From an uncultured Gemmatimonadales bacterium (lineage in GTDB: Bacteria > Gemmatimonadota > Gemmatimonadetes > Gemmatimonadales > GWC2-71-9), in NCBI GenBank assembly GCA_963779755.1, contig CAVZZO010000003.1, positions 448,001 through 512,000 of the forward strand: a stretch of DNA of 64,000 nt, in the 5' to 3' direction. The position numbers were made by a program, and so were the translations under genes. Below, in pieces: positions 57,111 to 64,000 of this stretch. Under the pieces are notes generated by a model. The model did no database searches. It was not told where the DNA came from and worked only from the letters and a program-made list of their open reading frames with translations. Numbering within the stretch: the stretch's first letter is position 1; every line of letters begins with the position of its first letter.

Positions 57111-57950
57111 CCTGAGGATCTCCTCCACCTGCTGCGCCCGGCGCTCGTCCAGCCCCGCCTCCCGGGCCAGCCGCAGGGTGGCCAGCCCCACGGCCCGGTA
57201 GAGCTGCCGGTCGCTTTCGCTCAGCGCCAGCAGATGAACCCGGAGCGGGGTGAGATCGCCCCGCCGGATGGGCCCGGTAAGGGCGGCCGCCGGACCCTGC
57301 GCCAGCACGTTGGCCAGCGCGCCCTCCGCCAGCGGCAGGTACATCTGCTCCGCGGTGGCGCGGTCGATTCCCGCTTCTTCGGCCAGACGCTGGGCCACCC
57401 CCAGTAAGCCCACCAGGTAGTTGGCCGCGATCACCGCGGCGGCATGATACTTTCCCTTCGCTTCACCCGGAATCACGATGGGGCGCATGGCCAGCAGGTT
57501 GCACAGCCGCCGGCCGGCATCGAGCGCGCGTTCGTCGCCTTCGAGGCCGGCCCAGGCGCCATGCAGCCGCTGAGCGGCCCGGGTCGGATCTGAGATGGTC
57601 TGCAGCGGGTGGAACGAGCCCAGCGCAGCGCCCGAAGGCTCCAGCGCCAGCAGGGCGGTGCGATCGAGGGGACCGGAGACGTGCAGCACGGCCTGGGCGG
57701 GGCCCACCGCGTCCAGCTGCGCGATCTGTTCCGCCACCCCCTCCACCATTTCGTCGCGCACACAGATGATCACCACGTCGGCCGCGCGGATGGCCGGCGC
57801 CCAGCCGTCGTCCAGCAGCGAGAACGGCGGCTGCACCGCCTCCTGCCGCCGTCCCAGCAGGGTGATGTGCTGGCCCCGGAGCGCCAGCGCACCCCCCAGG
57901 CCCCGCCCCATCCGGCCCTGGCCGATGATGGCCACTCGCATCGGCTTCAC
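57099..57950 (-). CDS. Rossmann-like + DUF2520 oxidoreductase (PanG-like)
   Basis: IIGQGRMG, HVSG, FHPLQT, YHAAAV.AANY, LTGPIRRGD. Confidence 0.88.
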   Translation of the reverse strand: MKPMRVAIIGQGRMGRGLGGALALRGQHITLLGRRQEAVQPPFSLLDDGWAPAIRAADVVIICVRDEMVEGVAEQIAQLDAVGPAQAVLHVSGPLDRTALLALEPSGAALGSFHPLQTISDPTRAAQRLHGAWAGLEGDERALDAGRRLCNLLAMRPIVIPGEAKGKYHAAAVIAANYLVGLLGVAQRLAEEAGIDRATAEQMYLPLAEGALANVLAQGPAAALTGPIRRGDLTPLRVHLLALSESDRQLYRAVGLATLRLAREAGLDERRAQQVEEILRGKA

Positions 57951-58771
57951 AGGCCCAGTGCCCGCCAGAGGAGACGGCCACCCATGAGGGCGAGGACCAG
58001 GGCGAAGATCCAGTAGAGCGTGGCCGTCCGGGAGGCGCGGTTGAGATAGACGCCCAGCGGGATGGTGGCGAGGGCGCCCAGCATGAGCGGCAGCCCCAGG
58101 CGCAGGTCGACATAGCCGATCATGAGATGCGACATGGCGGGCGCCCCCGAACCGGTGGCGTACCCGAGGCAGCCGGCGGCCGTGGCCAGGGCCACCGCGG
58201 CCAGCGAGCTGGGCGCGACGTTACGCACCGGCAGACTGGTGGCATACAGGAAGGTGGGGATCGCAATGAGCCCGCCTCCGATCCCCAGCAGTCCCGATAC
58301 GACGCCGCCGCCGGCCCCGATGACGCCCAGCAGCAGCGGATGCCCGTGCGGGTGCCGCCCGCTGCCCCGTTCCCGGTCGCCGTGGAAGTACGCGCGCCGC
58401 ACCATATCCGCCGCCGAAAACAGGAGAAACGCGCCGAACGCGCCGCGCAGCCAGACCAGATCGTGCAGGGTGGTCACCAGCCGCGCGGTCAGAAAGGCCG
58501 AAATGATGGCGGGAATGCCGTATCCCAGCGACGAGCGCCAGGCCACCGCCCCCGCCCGGCTGTAGCGCCAGGTCCCCCGCAGGGACGACACCAGCGCCAC
58601 GCTGAGGCTGGTGGCGTGGGCCACCGCGGTCTGGGCCGTCAGCGACGCCGACGAATGGCTGTAGATGTAGTAGAGGATCGGGACCATGATGATCCCGCCT
58701 CCGATGCCTACCAGGGGGGCAATGACCCCCACCAGCAGGCCGGTCGCGAAGGCCGCAAGGAGTTCAGCGAT
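57947..58771 (-). CDS. TauE/SafE sulfite exporter family membrane protein (probable ATC start; ORF-track start 58732)
   Basis: [31 protein letters not shown]. Confidence 0.88.
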   Translation of the reverse strand: MAELLAAFATGLLVGVIAPLVGIGGGIIMVPILYYIYSHSSASLTAQTAVAHATSLSVALVSSLRGTWRYSRAGAVAWRSSLGYGIPAIISAFLTARLVTTLHDLVWLRGAFGAFLLFSAADMVRRAYFHGDRERGSGRHPHGHPLLLGVIGAGGGVVSGLLGIGGGLIAIPTFLYATSLPVRNVAPSSLAAVALATAAGCLGYATGSGAPAMSHLMIGYVDLRLGLPLMLGALATIPLGVYLNRASRTATLYWIFALVLALMGGRLLWRALGL

Positions 58772-60386
58772 TGGCGGGCTCCACCTTGCGGCCGCCCTCC
58801 TTCGTCGCCAGCTCCATCAGGGCCCGGGGGCTGGGCGCCCGCCGGAGCAGATCCATGGCCGTCTGCAGCTGGTTGTCGTCCTTCGCGCGCCGCCGCAGCT
58901 CGGCGTCGCGACCGAACACATAGCGGGCAATCTCGAAGGCGAGGTTCTCGTCCAGCATGCGGGCGGCATTGTCGGCCACGGCGTTGCTCACATTCACCCC
59001 GTTCGCCCGCATCCGCCGTGTCAGTTCATGACGCATGGCCGGCGTGACGGTGAAGTCCTCGGAACTGATGCTGTGCTGTTCCTTCAGTTCCAGCGCATAC
59101 GCGGTGATGGCGTCCCGGTACTCCTGGACCTTGCTGCCCACCGCCGCGATGAAGGCCCGCTCCGCCGCCGTGGTGGTGTCCCGCCGCACCAGCAGGTCGG
59201 GCACGATGCCGCCGCCGCCCCGCACCACCCGGCCCGCGTCGGTATGATAGATCGGCGCGGAATCGGGAATCTCGGCCGCCGGCGTGGTGTCGGCCTCGGC
59301 CATCCGCAGCTGGTCTTCTTCGTCCTTTGCCGTCCGCTGGATGGTCCGGCCGCTGGGCGTGTACCAGCGCGCCGTGGTGAGCTTGAGCGCGACACTGTCG
59401 CCCAGGCTGTAGAGCGTCTGGACCAGGCCCTTGCCGAAGGTGGGCGTGCCCACCACCACGGCGCGGTCGTGGTCCTGCAGCGCGCCGGCGATGATTTCCG
59501 CCGCGCTCGCCGTCCCCTCGTTCACCAGCGTCACGATCGGCAGCTTGGGCCAGAGCTCGGGGGAGTGGTCCACGTACTCATGGTTGCTGCCCCGGGCGCG
59601 GCCCCGGGCGGAGACGATCTCGTCGTTGGGATCGAGGAACATGTCGGAGATGCTCACCGCCTGGTCCAGCAGGCCGCCGGGATTACCCCGGAGATCGAAG
59701 ATCATCCCCTTCATCCCCTGGGCCAGCATCGACTTGATCTCCGCGCGCAACTCGTCGGCGGAGGTCTCGGCCACCGGGCTCATCGAGATGTAGCCGATGC
59801 CGTTGGAGAACATGATACCGGGCTGCACCGAGCGTACGTGGATCTGCCCCCGCGCCAGCTTGATCTTGAACGGCTCCGCCATGTCGGCCCGCTCGATGGT
59901 CAGCGTCACGCTGGTGCCGGGCGCCCCGCGCAGCGTGTTCACCGCCTGCTCGTTGGTCCAATCCTTGGTGGATTTGCCGTCCACCTCGATGATCCGGTCG
60001 CCGGTCTGAATGCCGGCCCGCTCGGCGGGCGTGTCCGGCAGCGGCGCGATGATCGTGATGTAGTTATCGCGCACGTCGATCTGGATGCCCAGGCCGCCGT
60101 AGTTTCCGGTCGTCGTTTCGGTGAGGGCCTGGTAGGCTTTGTCTTCCAGCAGCACGCTGTAAGGATCGTGCAACTCGTAAAGCAGGCCGCTGGTGGCGTT
60201 GTGGTAGAGCTGGCCTTCGCCCAGAGAGTCGACATAGTACTGCTGCACATGCGCCAGGACATCCTCGAACAGCCGGGCCTGCTGGTACATGTTGCCGTTC
60301 GACGCCGCGACCCGCTGCAGCAGCCAGCCGCCCGTGAAGAACGAGATCACCGCCACCAGTCCGATTACGCCCCAACGTTGCCGCAT
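58764..60386 (-). CDS. ctpA: S41 family carboxyl-terminal processing protease
   Basis: DPYS, GLGI PDZ, DLRGNPGGLL, TASAAEI, TFGKGLVQ, TTARWYTPSG. Confidence 0.93.
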   Translation of the reverse strand: MRQRWGVIGLVAVISFFTGGWLLQRVAASNGNMYQQARLFEDVLAHVQQYYVDSLGEGQLYHNATSGLLYELHDPYSVLLEDKAYQALTETTTGNYGGLGIQIDVRDNYITIIAPLPDTPAERAGIQTGDRIIEVDGKSTKDWTNEQAVNTLRGAPGTSVTLTIERADMAEPFKIKLARGQIHVRSVQPGIMFSNGIGYISMSPVAETSADELRAEIKSMLAQGMKGMIFDLRGNPGGLLDQAVSISDMFLDPNDEIVSARGRARGSNHEYVDHSPELWPKLPIVTLVNEGTASAAEIIAGALQDHDRAVVVGTPTFGKGLVQTLYSLGDSVALKLTTARWYTPSGRTIQRTAKDEEDQLRMAEADTTPAAEIPDSAPIYHTDAGRVVRGGGGIVPDLLVRRDTTTAAERAFIAAVGSKVQEYRDAITAYALELKEQHSISSEDFTVTPAMRHELTRRMRANGVNVSNAVADNAARMLDENLAFEIARYVFGRDAELRRRAKDDNQLQTAMDLLRRAPSPRALMELATKEGGRKVEPANR

Positions 60387-60407
60387 GCCGTCCTCCGTGC
60401 TCCGTCC

Positions 60408-61046
60408 CTAGCGGACGCCCGGCGCCGACAATTCGGGCCAGGTCTCCGCAATGATTTCCCATGCCGCATCCACCACCAGTTCCGGCGGCTGGTTCGCGTT
60501 CAGGTGCCGGATTCCCGGCCCGCTGGCGGCCCGGTAACAGGCGGCCACCCGTTCCTGAAACCCGGGATCCTCCCGGTCCAGCCGGTCCTGCGACTTGCCG
60601 GCCTGTTGCTGCCGGCTCCGCCCCACCCCCGGCGGCAGATCCAGCACCAGCGTCAGGCCCGGTGCCAGCCCGCCGGTGGCCAGCCGGTTCAGCCACTCGA
60701 CCCGCTCCATATCCAGCCCCCGCCCCGCCGCCTGGTAGGCCCGGGTGCTGAGGTCGTACCGGTCGGAGAGGACCAGGCGCCCCGCTTCCAGGGCCGGCCG
60801 GATCACATGATGCACCAGGTCGGCCCGGGCGGCGGTGATATAGAGCAATTCCTGGCCGGCATCAAAGGGGCGCCCCGCATGGAGCAGCTCGTGCCGCAAC
60901 GCTTCGGCCAGCCGGGTGCCACCGGGCTCCCGGACCACCACCGGCTCCCGGCCGGCGTCCCGCAGGCGGCGCTCCAGCGCGGCCACCAGGGTGGACTTGC
61001 CCGCGCCGTCCACCCCCTCCACCACCAGAAAGCGGCCGGGCGGCAT
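60408..61046 (-). CDS. tmk: Thymidylate kinase
   Basis: EGVDGAGKST, REPGGT, DRY..ST.AYQ. Confidence 0.96.
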   Translation of the reverse strand: MPPGRFLVVEGVDGAGKSTLVAALERRLRDAGREPVVVREPGGTRLAEALRHELLHAGRPFDAGQELLYITAARADLVHHVIRPALEAGRLVLSDRYDLSTRAYQAAGRGLDMERVEWLNRLATGGLAPGLTLVLDLPPGVGRSRQQQAGKSQDRLDREDPGFQERVAACYRAASGPGIRHLNANQPPELVVDAAWEIIAETWPELSAPGVR

Positions 61047-61405
61047 TACCCGAGCGTAATGATGTTGCTCGTCGCGCCCTTCTCGATGCCCTCACTGATC
61101 TGCTGGTTCACCTTGAGCATCACCTTCTCAAAGTTGGACCGCGCCACCACGTACGCCTGGCCCACCGGACTGGTTTCCAGATCGCGCACCGCCTGCTCGT
61201 AGGACTGGGCGGTACCCTCGTCCGGCTCCTGACCGCTGGTCAGCGCGGTTTCCATCTGGCGCGCCAGCTTCTGGATGCTCTCCAGCCGGTCACGGCTCTC
61301 CTGGTCGTCCCGGAGGCTGCTTTCCGCGCGCCGCAGCGCCTTCGCCTCCGGCGTCTGGCCGATGAGCCGTCCCAGTTCCTGCGCCTTCTCCCAGATTGCG
61401 CTCAC
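61046..61405 (-). CDS. YlbF/YmcA-family (Com_YlbF) helical protein
   Basis: IWEKAQELGRLIGQTPE...L...YVVA...F..VM..VNQ.I pattern. Confidence 0.75.
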   Translation of the reverse strand: MSAIWEKAQELGRLIGQTPEAKALRRAESSLRDDQESRDRLESIQKLARQMETALTSGQEPDEGTAQSYEQAVRDLETSPVGQAYVVARSNFEKVMLKVNQQISEGIEKGATSNIITLG

Positions 61406-62253
61406 TCGCTCCTCCGTGCCAGCAGGTACCGCGGCCGGCCGTACAGGTCATGGAAAATTTGCGGACCGGCCCAGCCGGCCTCTGCCGCCGCCCGTGCCGA
61501 GGCCTCGGCCCGGCGGCTGTCCACCTCCAGGGCGATCCATCCGCCCGCCCGCACCGTCCGGACCGCCTGCCTCAGGAGCCGCGCCGTGGCCTCCAGCCCG
61601 GTGGGGCCGCAGACGAGCGCCGCCGCCGGCTCCCACTCGCGCACCCCCGCCTCGAGCCCGGCGTACTCCGCCTCCGTAAGATAGGGAGGGTTGGCGATGA
61701 CTGCGTCCAGCGATCCCTCCGCCACCCCGCTCAGGAGATCGGTCCGCAGCAGCCGGGGCCGGAGTTCCAGCCGGGCCGCGTTCTCCGCCGCCAGCCGCAA
61801 CGCGGCCGCCGAGCGGTCGGTGGCGATCACCTCGTCCGCCAGGCCTTCCTGCAGCAGGCTGAGCGCCAGGCACCCGCTCCCCGTGCCTGCGTCGGCCATC
61901 CGGCCGCCGCTGGTCCGGTCCCGCAGCAGGTCCACCAGCCCTTCGGTTTCGGGCCGGGGGATGAGGCCGCGCTCGTCCACCCGCAGCAGCAGATGACGAA
62001 ACCCGGCCACCCCCGAGGCGTAGGCCAGCGGCGCCCCCGCCGCCCGCCGCGACACCGCCCGCTCCAGCGCCGCCGCCAGATCGGGCTTCACAGCCAGTTC
62101 CTCATCCAGCCAGGCCCGGCCCACCGGCCGGCCGCTCACCCCGCTCCACAGCAACCCGGCGTCGCGCCGCGCCTCCGGCAGGCCCGCCGCCGTCAAACGG
62201 GCGGCCGCCTGCCGCAGCAGCGGGCCCAGCCGCGCCGGCGCGATCTTAATCAC
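61402..62253 (-). CDS. prmC: Release factor glutamine methyltransferase
   Basis: PLAY, LIPRPETE, DAGTGSGC, NPPY; follows prfA. Confidence 0.95.
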   Translation of the reverse strand: MIKIAPARLGPLLRQAAARLTAAGLPEARRDAGLLWSGVSGRPVGRAWLDEELAVKPDLAAALERAVSRRAAGAPLAYASGVAGFRHLLLRVDERGLIPRPETEGLVDLLRDRTSGGRMADAGTGSGCLALSLLQEGLADEVIATDRSAAALRLAAENAARLELRPRLLRTDLLSGVAEGSLDAVIANPPYLTEAEYAGLEAGVREWEPAAALVCGPTGLEATARLLRQAVRTVRAGGWIALEVDSRRAEASARAAAEAGWAGPQIFHDLYGRPRYLLARRSE

Positions 62254-63310
62254 TCGCCGCCCACTGCTCTTCCCGGCTGGCCAGCCGCAGCGCGTTCACC
62301 AGCTCGTCCAGATCGCCGTTCAGCACGTCGGCCAGATTGTGCACCGAGAGGTTGATGCGGTGATCGGTGATGCGGCTCTGGGGAAAGTTGTAGGTGCGGA
62401 TCTTGGCGGAGCGGTCGCCCGTGCCCACCATGGAACGGCGCTCCCGGCTGCGCGCCGCCTCCTGCTCGGCGATCATCCGGTCCAGCAGCCGAGCCCGCAG
62501 GACTTCCATCGCCTTGAGCTTGTTCTGCAACTGCGATTTCTGATCCTGCTGCTGCACCACCAGGCCGGTGGGCAGGTGGGTGATGCGCACGGCGCTGTCG
62601 GTGGTATTGACACTCTGGCCGCCGGGGCCGGACGAGCGGAACACGTCGATCTTGAGATCGCCGGGATCGACCTTCACGTCCACCTCTTCCGCCTCCGGCA
62701 GTACGGCCACGGTGGCGGCGGAGGTGTGAATCCGGCCCTGCGCCTCGGTGGCGGGCACCCGCTGCACCCGGTGGACCCCGGACTCCCGCCGCAGCAGGCC
62801 GAAGGCCTCGGGACCCCGCAGGGCCACAACCGCTTCCTTCAGGCCGCCCACGTTTCCCTCGCTCAGGCTGATCGGTTCGACCGACAGCCCGTGCCGCTCA
62901 GCGAAGCGGGAATACATGCGGAACAGATCGGCCGCAAAGAGCGCCGCCTCGTCCCCGCCGGTTCCGGCGCGGATCTCCAGAATGGCGTCGCGATCGTCGT
63001 GGGGATCGCGCGGGAGCAGCCGCTCCCGCAGCTCCTCGCGCAGGGCGGCGATCTCGGGCTCCAGCCGCGCGAGATCGGCGCGGGCCATGGCGGCCAGCTC
63101 CGGGTCGTCCGCCTGGGCCAGGGGCCGCGCGTCTTCCAGCTCGCGCTCCTGCCGCCGCAGCCGCTCGGCCAGCTGCACAATGGGCGCGAGCCGCGCGTGC
63201 TCGCGCCCCAGGGTCTTCAGCCTGGCCGAGTCCCGGGCGATCGAGGGGTCGGCCAGCATCCGGGCGACCTCCTCCGCGCGGGCAAGCGCCTGGCGGAGTC
63301 TGGTCTCCAT
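62246..63310 (-). CDS. prfA: Peptide chain release factor 1
   Basis: [19 protein letters not shown] (PxT), GGQ, RTYNFPQ. Confidence 0.97.
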   Translation of the reverse strand: METRLRQALARAEEVARMLADPSIARDSARLKTLGREHARLAPIVQLAERLRRQERELEDARPLAQADDPELAAMARADLARLEPEIAALREELRERLLPRDPHDDRDAILEIRAGTGGDEAALFAADLFRMYSRFAERHGLSVEPISLSEGNVGGLKEAVVALRGPEAFGLLRRESGVHRVQRVPATEAQGRIHTSAATVAVLPEAEEVDVKVDPGDLKIDVFRSSGPGGQSVNTTDSAVRITHLPTGLVVQQQDQKSQLQNKLKAMEVLRARLLDRMIAEQEAARSRERRSMVGTGDRSAKIRTYNFPQSRITDHRINLSVHNLADVLNGDLDELVNALRLASREEQWAASD

Positions 63311-63313
63311 GGA

Positions 63314-63532
63314 TTATGCCTGCGTCTTGGCCGCCGTGTCTGCATACTTGCGGCGGAACCGGTCCACCCGGCCGGCCGTATCCACCAGACGCTGCTTGCC
63401 GGTGAAGTAGGGATGGCACTTGGCGCACACCTCCACGTGAATGGAGGGGTTGGTCGAGCGGGTCTCGAAGGTGTTCCCGCAGGCGCACTGCACCGTGATC
63501 TTGTAGTACTTCGGATGAATATTGGCCTTCAC
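63314..63532 (-). CDS. rpmE: 50S ribosomal protein L31 (Zn-binding form)
   Basis: IHPKY, CAC...CAKCHP.FTG, GRVDRF. Confidence 0.97.
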   Translation of the reverse strand: MKANIHPKYYKITVQCACGNTFETRSTNPSIHVEVCAKCHPYFTGKQRLVDTAGRVDRFRRKYADTAAKTQA

Positions 63533-63610
63533 GTGTCTCTCCTCGACCGGGCGCGCCGGCCTGCGGCTAAGCCTTTGTCCAGAGACGGCTTGGATCTGCC
63601 AAAGCTGGGA

Positions 63611-63640
63611 AATTTATCCGCCCGCCCATGCCGCAGGCAA
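63611..63640 (-). promoter_or_regulatory. Putative sigma70 promoter for rpmE operon
   Basis: TTGCCT-18nt-TAAATT on the minus strand. Confidence 0.55.
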
Positions 63641-63675
63641 GCCGGCGCTCTCCGGACCGGCTCCCGGCCGCGAAA

Positions 63676-63704
63676 TTGACACCGCCCCCGGGTCCAAATA
63701 ACGT
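63676..63704 (+). promoter_or_regulatory. Putative sigma70 promoter for Crp/Fnr regulator
   Basis: TTGACA-17nt-TAACGT. Confidence 0.65.
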
Positions 63705-63755
63705 ACCTTCACGTACTTCCGAGGCCGCCCCTTCACCCCAGCACGACGAGGCATC

Positions 63756-64000
63756 GTGGCACTCACCCCGCTCGAGGTCCTGAGACAGGTTCCGCTGTTC
63801 CGGGAGCTCCCCGAATCCGAACTCGTCGCCTTCGCCGACCTGACCCGCGAACGCGCCTATCCCAAGGGCAGCGTCATCCTGTTCGAAAAGGACAAGGGCG
63901 ACTCGCTCTACCTCGTCGCCTCCGGGCAGGTCAAGGTGGTGCTCATCGGCGAGGACGGCCGCGAGGTGATTCTCTCCGTGCTGGGCGAGGGCAGCTTCTT
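63756..64000 (+). CDS. Crp/Fnr family cNMP-binding protein, 3' end outside window
   Basis: Manual translation: (M)ALTPLEVLRQVPLFREL...GDSLYLVASGQVKV...DGREVILSVLGEGSF. Confidence 0.9.
   Translation, partial: MALTPLEVLRQVPLFRELPESELVAFADLTRERAYPKGSVILFEKDKGDSLYLVASGQVKVVLIGEDGREVILSVLGEGSF

Noticed and set aside
58686..61202. 838-aa plus-strand ORF and other long antisense ORFs (e.g. 47248-49641, 34703-36853, 20588-22528, 10660-12507, 51524-53410)
   Set aside because: Shadow frames of well-supported genes on the opposite strand, expected at this GC content; no recognisable motifs.

Overview
High-GC bacterial chromosome segment, mostly housekeeping genes. Gene content and order suggest Gemmatimonadota (inference, not verified). 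It holds about 58 CDS. Translation genes: gltX, rplY, pth, ychF, rpsF-rpsR-rplI, rsfS, rpmE-prfA-prmC, rsmI. Metabolic genes: ispE, prs, pdxJ, aroF, tmk, mce, hppA. It also carries smc, lolA, a ctpA-like protease, a type IV minor-pilin cluster, a sugar ABC transporter, a JAB-DinG helicase fusion, an exported DUF4159/DUF4175/TPR/GATase-like operon, tRNA-Ser(GCT), tRNA-Gln(TTG) and one complete IS630-family element. No rRNA, CRISPR array or prophage was seen. The most striking unexplained structure is a family of about 17 short tandem-repeat arrays (7-, 8- or 9-bp units, several sequence families). Most begin at or overlap a stop codon and many occur as inverted pairs. One pair brackets a lower-GC four-helix-bundle (Avd/IVS-like) gene, the same repeat family appears as an 'empty' cassette that was hit by the IS630, and some arms appear to supply promoter -35 boxes. 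Three genes (pth, rsfS, tauE-like) appear to start at non-canonical CTG/ATC codons. Family assignments come from motif recognition only; no database searches were run.
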